Shown here piece after piece: positions 25,931 to 38,528 of a stretch of 64,000 nt of DNA (position 1 is the stretch's first letter; each line of letters starts with the position of its first letter). A program made the position numbers and the translations under genes. The notes under the pieces were generated by a model, which saw only the letters and a list, made by a program, of their open reading frames with translations, had not been told where the DNA came from and ran no database searches. The stretch is taken from NCBI GenBank assembly GCA_021613535.1, contig CP075496.1:3410001-3474000 (forward strand). The letters run 5' to 3'. Origin of the DNA: Adineta vaga. Lineage: Eukaryota; Animalia; Rotifera.

Positions 25931-26244
25931 TTTTTTAAAACATTTTATTATTAAAATATTGTTATTGTATATTTATGTGCAGTTAAAATGTAAATCTGAT
26001 ATTCTCAATCAATTCAGATTGAGAAATGTGTATGTTTGACTTTTTCTTTTGTGGAAAAAAAAGTAAAGAATAATAAATCAGTAAGATGATATTCTCTTAA
26101 AGTCGTTAAAAAAACCGAAATCGACAACAAATACACGAGTCAACTTTGTACAATAAATTTCTTTTAAAAACAAACAAGGAAACAATATATATATCATTAT
26201 CTTATCTATGAAAAAAACGTTTCGAGATTCGAAATAAGAAACAA

Positions 26245-29183
26245 TTACACTTCGAAACGAATATTATCTCGTTCTATAAGAGTCGTTGGAGGAATAGGTC
26301 GTCCATTATTTGAAAATGTATCATGACGAAGAAATGGTAGAGTGATTGGCGGAGGTGGAGATATAAATGTTCGATATTTTGGTGTTTGAATATCGCTTTG
26401 AGTTATAGCAGGTGGTACATCAACTAATGACGATGATGTTGTTGATGATAATGTCGTTGTTTTCTCTTCAAACTGTCTCAATCTTCCCATTAATTCCATG
26501 AATGTTGGTCGTTGTTCACTTAATTCTTCCCAACAAGAACACATCAATGCATAAATACGTTTTGGACAATTGACTGGACATGTCAATAATTTTCTATCAC
26601 GAATCATTTCAATAACTTCGGGATTTGTTCGTCCATGATATGGTTGACTACCATAGGAAAACATTTCCCAAAGTAATACACCAAACGACCAAACATCAGA
26701 CATTTCAGTGTATATACCTGACATTAAAGATTCAATTGCCATCCATCGAACAGGTAATGATCGATTAGCAATTTTATAATAATCAGAATCATATTTTGGT
26801 CGATAACGTGCAATATTCGTTATCTTTATATCCATATGTTCCGAAATGAGAATATTTTTAGCAGATAAATCATTATGAACAAAATTTTTTTCCGTTAAAT
26901 AAACCATTCCCGAAAGAATTTGTATAGAAATATAAAGAAAATCGGTTAAATCACGTTGTTGATATGATGTTGATGTTGTAGTTGAACGTTGTAATAAATA
27001 TTCGTGTAAATCTCCATCATTTAAACGTTCATAAATCATGACTGAAAGAGCATCTTGAGGTTGTATACAAATACCAAGTAGACATGAAATATTCACATGA
27101 CGTATATGACGAAAAACTTGAAAGAAGAGAAAACTTATCTATGAAATCGTTCGTTTTCAATCGAATATCTTACTTTCAATTTCACGTGCATATTCTTCTC
27201 GATTTTGTGGTGTGGCAAATTCTGTTTGTAGAGTTTTTATAATACATTTCGTTGAACTATCAACTAATTCACCTTTATAGATTCGACCGTATTCACCTGG
27301 AAAAAAAAGAAATAAATGAATATTTGGACATTTAAGTTAACGTAGATTCTTTACCTTCACCAAGTTCTTGTAGAAAACGAATATTTGTAAATGAAATTTC
27401 GGAAAGTGTACTTCCTGGTGAAGGTAAATGTCCTATTAGTGGACGTTTTGATTCGGTTTTAAGTAAACTTTGTCGAAGATATGTATTAGTAAAATTTGTA
27501 TTGGTTGATGAAGATGATGAAGGTAGCATATGTCGTTGATTTGGTTTCGAATGATTTGGTGCTATGGATGAACGAAATGGCGATGATGTAACGGTATTTA
27601 CAATATGAGATGATTTCTTAATTGGTGTTGATGTCGAAGAACAAGATGATAGATGACTTTTATTATTTCGATGACGACAACACCAGCATAAGAATAGGAG
27701 AAGAAAACATATGACAGCAACAGGAATTAGAATGCTTAGGAGAACAATTAGAAGTGAGATAGATGAAGATGGTCGACGAACGATTGAATTAGTATTTGAT
27801 GATACAGTATCTTAATAGAAAAGAAAAAATGATAAATAAAAATCGAAGAGTTCTATGCAAAATTCTTAGATTTGGTTCTTCATTCGAATCATTCCTATAT
27901 AATTTACAAGAGAACCTTCAACTTGTATAATCGATCAGCATATACAATTAGTTTCAATAGAAGTCGAATCTTATGAAAAGAACTATTAGTGCATTCAAAT
28001 TTCACAAGTAACCTCTTATTATACGTGAGCGACTACAAGGTTTTTTATCGTCTTTTAATAATCATTCATTATTCGAATTCACTAGAAGTTACTAATGTCT
28101 TTCCTCTTCACAAAAATCTAATCTTACCATTTTTTCGATTTAATAATTTCGAATCAAAATTAATGCATGATGAATCATCACTGGTCGGCGGTAAATTGTC
28201 ACATGTTGGTATATTTTGTAAAATTTGTACTAAAAATTCCATAAATTACTCAATTTTTGAAGAGTATGTTTTACATTTGTATGACTTACAATTTGAATAT
28301 GAATGTTGTTGATATGTGAATAAATTTGCACATGCATGATTTTGAAAATAATCACACGAACGACGACAAATTGAACGAAGATTTAATCGATCGTTATCGC
28401 ATATTGGATATGTAAATGAACAAATCATTGGTAATAATAATTGTCGACATTCATTTGATAGGAATTGATTATTAGTTAGAATTTTTAAATTTTCTATTAG
28501 ATTTTGTTCGATATCTTTTTGATTCGAATTTGATAATGAAATATATTGTGAACCGAGAACTGAACGACAAATATGACCCGAATATAATTCACATTTCAAT
28601 TTTGATAGAGACATATCATTCGAAGAAATGATTTCTGGTTGAAATTCTATTGATGGTAAACTAAATGAGAATACAAACGATTCTTTTGATTTTCTTGAAA
28701 ACATATTTCTACTTACGAATCATCCAATAAATCCAGATGATCCATATCGACTAGAAATGAAAAATAAATATAACTATGTGAAATAAAACAAATAATCCTC
28801 TTTAAATTATACCTGGATTTTTCACACGAACATATCCGGTTGATGATATTGTTTGAAATCCATTCGATACTTCACATGTATAAAATCCAGCTTCTGTTTC
28901 TTTTAAATTATTCAATCGTATACTAGAATCATATATCAATATAGAAAAATATTTTTCTTTCGTCTTATCTATCTCATATTACCTCGATCGGAATGTACTT
29001 TGATCAATAATAAAGCGATTTTTTTCAAGCGGATTATTATATCGATACCAATTAAATGATACTGGATAGGAGGATTGTACTTGACATTCCAAAATAACTG
29101 TACTACCGCCATTTTCTGTAATATTTTTCAATGTTCTTATCCATTGCATATTTGTTGATGAAAGTAAATTCGTTTGTATTGTA
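26245..29183 (-). CDS. ROR-family receptor tyrosine (pseudo)kinase: Ig, Frizzled CRD, TM, kinase; 5' signal-peptide exon not located
   Basis: Ig domain (LECQV...WY); CRD (CELYSGHIC...CRQLLLPMICSFTYPIC...ICRRSC); TM; LGEGEYG, HNDLSAKN, YDSDYYK, LPVRWM, SDVWSFGVLLWEMFSYG. Confidence 0.85.
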
Positions 29184-31515
29184 CTGAAACAAAAAAAAAT
29201 ATTTACTTCGATGATTAATGATCTTATGGCTTTAAGGAAAAGAAATTGATCAATACATTTAAATACCATTATTATCATTAGATGGGTTACTTTCTGTCAA
29301 TAAAAGTTCGATAAAGATCTTATACTCATCAATCTTACTTTAGAAATGTATATAGGCACGTCTTTTGCTCGATTGATTAGGTAAGAAACCCTTGAGCATT
29401 ATTTTTTACGTGATTGAACAGGCATTATGTTGTTTCCTTGTACTTATACGATTAGAACATGCATGAGACAATTCATGCTCCTTATTGACAGATGTATAGA
29501 TATGCAATATTTCTCTCGTTTAACCGATTGTCAGGCTTCTTATATACATTAATTCTCCACCAAAGATCAACAATATATATTTGATAATACCTTAACATTG
29601 TTGGAATTGGTTGATTGACAATTGTGTTTGCTACTTGTGCTTGACGAAGATTATTATTATCATTATCGATCGGTGACAGATCAACGATCGAACACAATTC
29701 CATAAGAATAAGGCAAAGAATGGCAAAAAAGCCTAAAGTAAAATAAAATTAGATAGGTGATAACTCGGATGTTATTCTTCCTGACTCATTGCTTTAAACA
29801 GAGGGTGAGAAAAAGCATAGATGCGAAGTGTGGAAAAAGAAGCTGCAAATATGCACTTGGCACCCATGAATGTAATGCCACACAAGAAATCAATCTGTTG
29901 TCCAAACATTGCGCCTGATCAACACATGTAAACAGTCATATACGTTCTGCACTCTTTCTCTTTTTCGATACGCTACTAGTACTCTTCTTCTACAAGTGTT
30001 TGGTAAGCAGCGGGTGTGCCTTAAATAAATAGCAAGATACGAATGCGTCAAGAGTTTCGAACCTCTTCATAGAAGAGGGCAAGCACAAATTCATTAGCAC
30101 ATTTTCATTCTATCAATCGATGTACATCATCAAATATATTTATTCAATAAGTACTATTCTATTTTTGCCTTCTATTGTCATGGATGAAATGATTTATCTA
30201 CATGGATTTGAACAATAATCATTGTTAAAGACATCGTTCTACTTCACTAATCTATTCCATTTTGTCTTACCCGACATTAGATATCTGTCCTTCGAATTGA
30301 TAAGAAATAAGAGTAGCAAGTCAAAAAGATGTGCATATCTTATAGAGAAATATAATAATGATCAACACGATGCTTGTATGTTTCTCTTCTTGCTTTTTTT
30401 GTAGATACGATAGGAACATGAAAATGTCAAGGCTTATGTATCTTTCGAGGGATTTTCTAATTGTTAAATGACTTACCAGAAATCTTGATTGACATGATTG
30501 TAAAATTGTTCGAATAATAAGACAAAATCGAAAAAAATCGAAGTGAATTCTTCCTTTTTTTTGTGATTTTACTATGACTAAATGATTGTTAACTGGAACG
30601 ATAGTTAACACATCGAACAAGTTTTTATCGATCTAAAATGACACAAATTTTAATGTAAATTTCAATCATCATTATACATCATTTTTTCACATATGTGAAA
30701 GTGTATGCAATTCATGATGTGACACATACAACTCTGCAAGATGCCGCGCATACAGGAGAAAGCAAATGTATATATGTGTGTGCTTTATCGTCATCGCTCG
30801 TTGGCTATATGAGACGTTCTCTTTCTCTCTCTCTCTCTCTCTCCTTCTCTTTTTTCTATTCTCTCTATGTACAATTACTATATGTAAGGTCATCTTGTCA
30901 AACTGGCATGAAAGAAGAAAAAAGAAGAAAAGAGTCTAGTGAATTAACCTGTTCTTTTTAAGCTTTCCTCTATTCTCCCAAATGAATTTCTAAATTATTC
31001 GATCTTTTTGTATTCGAAATGATATGCATAAACATACATTGTTTTTCAAGAGACAAAACAATATAGAAGTCGTTTATAATCATTATGTATGTTCAAGTAT
31101 ATGAAAAAATGTTTTATGATTGTTTAGCATTGAATGAATATGAAGAATGAGAGGTAGTTTTTCTAATTGTCTCAACAATGATAAACATGTACATATACGT
31201 TTTTATAGAGAATAGTGCGACGCCGGTTCATACGTTTTTCTTCTTATCTTTCACTAATATATACATATACACGTTGTCAAGACTTTGTTTATGATGGGAA
31301 CATTATTAACACTTATCAAACTCAACTATACCGACGAAGTTCGGAGTAATTGTCATATATTGAACATGACTGTGAGAACAATAATCAAACTGTTTTCTGT
31401 CAAGCGGCTCTTCAAAAAAAAACAACAAATTGGACTTCAAAGAAGAAATACATACAAAAGAATTAACTTACCAATTTAACATTATTCTTTAGAGGCCTTC
31501 ATGTTTTACCTTATC

Positions 31516-31517
<2 letters not shown>

Positions 31518-31547
<30 letters not shown>
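31518..31547. repeat. (AGT)n microsatellite
   Basis: About 10 tandem agt units. Confidence 0.85.
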
Positions 31548-31548
<1 letters not shown>

Positions 31549-32124
31549 CGAAGGGAGGTGAAGAAGAAATACTTGATCTAAACCAGACGGTCAACTTCAA
31601 CCTGTCAAATGTTCATAGGGACTCTTACTACAGTTGCCATATGAATAAACATATAGACAAAGAAGAAAAAAAAGGCAATCTATTGATCGAATAGAGTAGA
31701 GGGTCTGCACACGTGTTGGTCATTCTTTGTATTTTAACTCATCATATACATACATGTATAGTATGTCATCTTATAATCTATTTTCAATCACTATTTCAAT
31801 GATTATTGTTGTTGTTAGTTGCTTACCTATACATGTATGTGATTTGATATCGTCTGTATAGAGAGAAAAAAAGAGACGTGTGCATAGATATGAAAGAGAA
31901 AGCGAAATAAGTAAATATTGTGGTAGATAAACGCGAGTGTTATATAGCATCTGGTCATCCCTATTGATGATCGATTTCAATAATCGATTCAGTCTGTATC
32001 ATTTGAAATGATTGCGTGATACGATATATGTCAAGTGCTACGATCTATACACCTTTCTATAGTGTCTCGAGATGATAATATGGTGTTGGTGGTATCAAGT
32101 CTTTCTTCTTTCTTTCTTTTGTAT

Positions 32125-32132
<8 letters not shown>

Positions 32133-32158
<26 letters not shown>
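32133..32158. repeat. (TA)n microsatellite
   Basis: Uninterrupted TA run. Confidence 0.85.
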
Positions 32159-32162
<4 letters not shown>

Positions 32163-33647
32163 ATTGTTGTTAGACGGGTAGACTATTGAACCATGCTCGA
32201 AGCAGTATTTTTTGTTCGTTCACTCTCTCTCTCTCTAGCGCTGATTGAAATGAAAAAGCTGTGAGAATCGGCTTTCTTTCTTGCCATACCTTATAAGGAT
32301 AATCCATTTTCACACACATATTATCATAAACAAGGAATTTGTCATCAGCTTTAAAAAAAACAACAAAATTATTAATACTTTTTCTTTCCAATAACAATTA
32401 CTTTCTCACCTTAATCTACTGTGACTAAATAGAATATTAATGAATCTAACGATCTTATGTAAGAAAAAGAACATCATGATGATCGCACATATGTCGATTT
32501 ATCTATATTTTCTCTCGAGATAGAAATAGAATTATACCAAAGCTACGTTAAATAAACGTTCTATTTGATTCGCACATCTTTTGTTTGTCTTGCTTCTCTA
32601 TTCATTGTTAGTCTATCTCGATAGTCATCGATGATATATGCAAGGTAAAACTTGTTCAATCAGAAGATGTGTCAGCAATCATCTTCGTCATCATGATTTG
32701 ATCATCACTATCGCCGCACGATGTGTGTCTTGTCAAGACGATGTTATTAAAAAATATTCGATTCATACAACTCATCAATCGTACTGGTCAATTTCTTTTT
32801 TCTTTTTTCTTTTTTCATGTTGGTTTATTCATGACAGGCCACTATTTTTCTTCATCAATTGAACTTGTCTCGATTGTACATAGTTCAAAAAAAAGAAGAG
32901 AAGACTACGTTTATGTTCTGTTTATTTAATCTAAGTAAAAAACAACAAAAAAAATTTCTTTTCGTTTTGCCCTCAAGGGTTAAATATTAGTCTTATCATT
33001 TGTCAAATTAAGGCAACAGATGTTAGCTCGTGAAAGTGATGGGTCAGTCTCTTCGCAACAGACGACCGACAAGTTAAGTACTCATGTCGCTTTGCTTCTT
33101 GTCTTTGTTTTTTAAGTCGACAGCTGCATATTCATCACTAATAAAACTCAATACTAATTCGATCATTTTACACAATTTCAAACTATCACTATGCGATTAC
33201 AATTACAACGAAGTTTTTCTTTTTCTTGTCGATCAATAAGAATAACATCGTATGTATAACACTTATATGATCATATGGATAGACGCATCCGTTTGCTCAT
33301 TTACCGCCTGCTGAGCAAAGATAATCCAGACATAAAGAAAAGAAAAGTACACAAAAATCACAGTATTCTAATCAATCTGATTATGATAATTTACAAATGT
33401 ACTGATCGAATAATCCCGAAGGAAAATCCATTGCTTTCGAAGAGCATGTCGTATAAATATACATAAGTCAAAGAAAAAAAAATTTCAGCTAAATTCTATA
33501 GATATTGTCAATGAGCGATGTCACTCATACGTGATTTTCTATTGATCGAGAAATCTAAGGAATAGTAGAGAACAGAAAGAAGTCAATCAGTATGTTTTTT
33601 TTATCAGTAATTCAGTACAAATAAGCATTTGTCCATTTATTATTATT

Positions 33648-33974
33648 ATGACTGACGAAAAGGTCTTACTTGAAGCTTTATCATCATCAGATTTCAAAGT
33701 ATCAATTCATGACAAGAAACGAACAGATGCCGAAGAAACAAGAACAATCATAGAAAATAAACAACAAATGGGTGAACAACCTAATATCAATGCAGCAAAT
33801 GAGAAGAATGATGATAACAAATCATTATTATCAATCTTTAAAAATATGTCAGCTGAACAACGAACAAAAGTTATTGAAATGCTAAGACAAAATGGTTTAG
33901 ATGATCCATTAACTGAAGAAAAATTCGTTCAAAATGCTTTTACTGTCGATCAAATTATTCGAGAGAATGCCTAG
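33648..33974 (+). CDS. hypothetical 108-aa hydrophilic protein (orphan)
   Basis: ATG-initiated single-exon ORF with protein-like composition. Upstream TATAAA near 33452 and downstream AATAAA near 34079. No recognised domain. Confidence 0.55.
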   Translation: MTDEKVLLEALSSSDFKVSIHDKKRTDAEETRTIIENKQQMGEQPNINAANEKNDDNKSLLSIFKNMSAEQRTKVIEMLRQNGLDDPLTEEKFVQNAFTVDQIIRENA

Positions 33975-34214
33975 AACGAAGTTTTTCTTTCATAATTTTT
34001 CTGTTATAATAATTCAGCCTAAATCATGGTTAAGAATAATTTTGATGTTTGATGTTGAATTTAAAAGCTATTATCTTTAATAAAATCGACTTAAACTTCA
34101 TATGAAAACTTTATTCTGATGAAACAGATCAATAACTATACGTGTATCTTAATAATGTTTTCGAAAAAGATGTTCTCGATAGGAAACAGTTCAATAAAAT
34201 GATGTGTAACATAC

Positions 34215-34333
34215 GCTTACGGCCATACCACGTTGAATACACCAGTTCTCGTCCGATCACTGAAGTTAAGCAACGTCGGGCTCGGTTAGTACTTGGATGG
34301 GTGACCGCCTGGGAATACCGAGTGTCGTAAGCT
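34215..34333 (+). rRNA. 5S ribosomal RNA (single copy)
   Basis: gcttacggccatacc...gatcactgaagttaagc...ttagtacttggatgggtgaccgcctgggaatacc...gtaagct. Complementary 5' and 3' ends and an intact internal control region. Confidence 0.97.
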
Positions 34334-34338
34334 TTTTT
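34333..34338 (+). terminator. Pol III oligo-T terminator of the 5S gene
   Basis: Run of six Ts directly after the 5S sequence. Confidence 0.8.
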
Positions 34339-34799
34339 GTTTTCTGACTACAAGAAAACAATAAGTAGGACGATACTAAATTTTTGCAGTATCGTCGATC
34401 TTTGATATAACTGTGACATATAAATGCAATGATATTTAGAAGCTTTCCTTGTGAAAACTAGGTGAAATCTGGGTTAGATAGAAGTGAACAAAACGTGGGA
34501 AAACAAAAGATATTTTGATATATTATAAAAATAATCTTGTTTCTTGAAAATATTTGATAGAAACAAAAATTAAATTAAATTTTGTGAGATTTATTTAGAA
34601 AAAAATGACTAAAACGAAATTTTCTTGTTTCAATGATAAGAGAACAAAAAAGATATAATATTTATGATTGACTTATTTTTATTAATCGAACGATAACTGA
34701 AAAAGAATCTCTATAAGAATAATAATTGAAAATATAGAATAAGATACGAAATATACAATAAAAGAAAATTGGTTATCATCAAAAGTATGTTCAATGTAT

Positions 34800-36050
34800 T
34801 ATGATGCTGGATAATTATCATGCGAAGTAATAAATTCAGCTGTTCCAAGCAAAGATGATCCACAAATGAAGTATCCTACATTAAAACGTTTTATAATTAG
34901 ACTTTGTTATGTAATTCTAATGTCATATGTTCATCAATGGACATATACAGCTGTTTATAGATTTGTAATTGGATAGATTCTTCTTATAAGAACTGTTCAT
35001 TTATTAAAAAGATTATTAAAATTTTCATAATATAAGAAGAAGCAATAAGACTATTAATGAGTAATATTGAATCATGATGTAATAATCAGTATCTATATTC
35101 AACACATGGTCTTTCAATACGAATGGATACAAGTCGTTTAAAATATATTCATATGATATTTTTAGTTGTTGCACTTCAATTTGTTGGTTATAGTTATGCT
35201 GGAGTTCTTCGTCGATATTTATAATTTAGTCAAGTGAACAAATTTGCCCATCATATGCAATATATAGCATTATGAGGAACTGTACATGAAGCTCAAAATA
35301 CCATAGATAAATATCTGTTTAAGAGAAAGTTATTTGATAATCGAAAACATTTTTTTTCCTTTTGGTTTCGTTCATTGAATGTATATTTAATTGATTTGCA
35401 AAATATCTAATGAGAGTTTTAACAAGTTTTTCATGGATGTGTATGATATCGACAAATAATTCTTTATTATCTCAATTAACTGGTTATCGTGGTTTAGGAG
35501 TTGGTTCATCATTAGTTGTACTAAAATGGGTATTAATTAATAACATGGACAATAACACCAAGTATTTTACATAATGGAAAACAAATAATTAATTTGACAT
35601 CAACACGATCAATTCGTTTCAAAGGAAACAATTTCCATTGTCGAGTAATTGAAGTTTATAAAGATGTTTCAGATTGATGGCATAGAATAATAATAAGTGA
35701 ATTATCAAATATATTAAAATGGTATTATATCTTGATATCATTATTAATTCCATTAATATTTGTTTTACCAATAGGTTCAGTATTTTCAATAATTGAACAA
35801 ATAGTTCAAAATACATCTATTTATTATTCGGAGATGATAATATTTCTAATAGTCGAACATTACTTATAACATTTAGTTATACAGTTAATAGCCGATGAGT
35901 AACATTATTTGATGATTCTCAATTAACAGCATTTGTTAGTGAAGATTTTTCTAATTCAAATTCTCGTTATGAAGTATTTCTTTAAATAATGATTGGTGCA
36001 TGATATTTATCATTAATAATCTTAATGTTGTGGTTCTTACTGTTGATTTT
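34800..36050 (+). pseudogene. decayed OPT-family oligopeptide transporter
   Basis: Fragments in the expected order: SAVPSKDDPQMKYPT, IFLVVALQFVGYSYAGVLRRYL, YIAL*GTVHE, VLTSFSWMCMISTNNSLLSQLTGYRGLGVG. Many stops and frameshifts. Confidence 0.7.
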
Positions 36051-36417
36051 TTTATGCAATCGTTGTATGCCTTTTCCCGTTAGGTGTAGAACTAGTGGAA
36101 CGAGTTAAGATGGATATCCCTTAGCTCTAAATAGAACTGTTGGTGATTGGTTTTTCTCCTCTCCTCAAAATACACCTGATTAAATTTTTATTTACATTCT
36201 AAGCCTTTATTACTTTTTCATTGGCAAGTGTTATCCTTCACTTTTAATGAGCACTTCCTAAATTAACTGATGATAATAGTTTTTTTCATGACCAAAGAAA
36301 GGAGACGAGCAGAAAAATATAAATTTATACGTCGTGGTCCATTACTATCAAATGATATAGTTCAGCTTTCAAAGCACTTATTTCAGCGGATAGATTAGCA
36401 AATTTTCAGATCGAAAG

Positions 36418-36477
36418 ATACGCTCCGTATACAGCTCGTTTACGATGCCGTAAAAATACCGTTTTGATCGACCTGAG
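36418..36477. mobile_element. possible MITE terminal remnant
   Basis: CG-rich patch ccgtatacagctcgtttacgatgccgtaaaaataccgttttgatcgacctg, which I recall as resembling the end of a common bdelloid MITE. No partner TIR seen. Confidence 0.3.
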
Positions 36478-37698
36478 ATTGTTGAAGTTGTTGAGGAGTC
36501 ATCATATGAAATGGAGCATGGTTAACAAATTGTTCGAGCTGGCAACTTTTTCGAGCAAGATCAAATGCCAATCGTTTTTTCTGGAAATCAAACCAACAAA
36601 ATATTAGATGTCATCATGCAAATGATATTTGCGTAAAAACCAATGCAAGACATACGTCAACGGTGACAATTGCCATTATTCTCATATATACGAAACAAGT
36701 ATGCGATCTGTTATTATCGTTTTACCTTTTCCTATATATAAGTGAACTGTGAACGCTCTTCTATTTCTATTTTTCTCAAAGGAATAATAGTCTGATTTTA
36801 CGCACCAAAAATTTTGTGAAGCATAGGATTAACTAATGAAGGAGAAAAGACATAAAAAGAGATAAATGTCGATACACTGAAATGATGAAGATGAGAATAT
36901 ATAAGTCTGTAGTCTTTTATATTTGAAATTAAATCATTTTGACTCAAACACTCTTAGGATTAGAACGACTTCAGAGACGAACCGTTTTCATTTGTGAAAA
37001 AAGCTTAATCATCTTCACTGTAATTAGCAATATCAATTGGAATAAAAACCATAGCACTTTTTACGCTTCGATTTCTATGCTTTGTCTTAATTTACAGTAA
37101 TCGTTTCTCTCGTAACCTTTACTTTTATTATCATATTCTGTATATACAAGATGTATCTTATTCATAAAAATTATCTAGTCACTTTTAGATTATCCTGTAG
37201 TTTAATATATTAAGACTATCATGGGACTTAGAGGAACTTGGGAGACGAACGAGAACATTATAAAGTAGGTGAATAATATAAGTGCAATTAACAGTTAAAT
37301 CATTCTTCTGGAAATCTGATGCTTCGTAGCAACCTCAATGCATTGATTTGCAGTAGTAAATTTTAGTGTTGAATAATATTAAAAATATTTTAGTCTCACT
37401 TATTTCCTCGATTCCCCCTAGATAAACTTTTCTCTAATCTTTTTTTACAATGAAAAGGATTGATCATCAGTTTCAGAATATACATGTATGTCATAATAAA
37501 TATTATATTCTAGCACCCCTCGTCCCACCGTTTTGATTTTAAATAAAGTCTGTTTTTTCCTCTAAATCCAGATTGAAATATAATAGACCATTGTATGCTA
37601 CGGCGGTTGATACTGTCTATTTTATGCTTTTAAGCGACGAACAGAGTTTATATGAACGCACACGGTTACATTCTTTATAGAATAGTTCTCTTGTCCAT

Positions 37699-38190
37699 TC
37701 AGAAAAACAAACTAAATATGAATTGTAATTTCTTTTTCACATGTTCGAGATTTCTTCTATAGTCTTTGAGAGCAGGATGCTCTGAAGGTAGTGATTGCTG
37801 TTTAATCGCAAAGACTGTTTCATGAAATTGAAGTGCACTTGCACTTGGATAATCATCCATATTATCATACAACAAATTGATGTTGCTGTAAGATTTAGTC
37901 GATTTAAGATCTTGAGGAGAAATAATTTTTCCCATGATAACAAGTGATTTTTCAAAGAAACTGCTGGCCTCTTCATATTTTCCTTGGTTGTAGCTCATCA
38001 TACCAAATTGACCATGAATTGCTGCTTTTTCACTATCGTTCATTGTTTGTTCAGGTAACACGCCATAAATCTCTTCAACTTTGTCATTTTGACCCAAATT
38101 GTGTAGTACTAAACCTAACCTTTGCTATCCATCTACGTTTGGATAACTCTCCTCTCCTCTCGTACAGCCCATAGTCAGTGTCAGCAGAAT
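37699..38190 (-). pseudogene. TPR-protein fragment (KLC/NPHP3-like TPR family expanded in bdelloids)
   Basis: QGKYEEASSFFEKSL, SYSNINLLYDNMDDY, QQSLPSEHP. Upstream in frame EESYPNVDG*QRLGLVL has a stop where Trp is expected. No ATG or N-terminal domain. Confidence 0.7.
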
Positions 38191-38321
38191 AATTTATTAG
38201 TTCATGAATAGTAAGATGAGTAGAGACAAATTGGACGGCAATGAATGTTTGATTTCAATTTATTTTTCTACTACAAAAATCAATGACAAATAGAAAAAAA
38301 AACGAAAGTTCTATTCTTAGT

Positions 38322-38528
38322 TTAACCAATCGGCAATAAATTAACCAATGAAAAATCTGGTGTGCCTGGATCAGGTCCAAGTTTAAATCCCAAATAGATC
38401 ACCAATGGTACAAATCCAAAATAAATTGCATATGGACTATAACCAAAAACCGACTGAAGACGTCGTTTAATATCATCCGAAGACTTTTTGCCAGAACGAG
38501 ATGCTGTATTCGGTGATCTCGAAAACAT
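38322..38528 (-). CDS. TOMM7: mitochondrial import receptor subunit TOM7
   Basis: IKRRLQSVF...AIYFGFVPLVIYLGFKLGPDPG matches the Tom7 signature GFIPLVIYLG. Confidence 0.9.
   Translation of the reverse strand: MFSRSPNTASRSGKKSSDDIKRRLQSVFGYSPYAIYFGFVPLVIYLGFKLGPDPGTPDFSLVNLLPIG

Noticed and set aside
26002-26025. 9-bp stem hairpin (ttctcaatc-aattca-gattgagaa) between convergent genes
   Set aside because: Short and AT-rich, so expected by chance; intrinsic terminators are not relevant in this eukaryotic context.
29300-32500. Candidate ROR signal-peptide exons (donors near 30272, 30477 and 31470)
   Set aside because: I could not build a stop-free, correctly phased signal-peptide exon, so the 5' end is left unresolved.
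34142-34330. 62-aa ORF
   Set aside because: It overlaps the 5S rRNA gene and is spurious.
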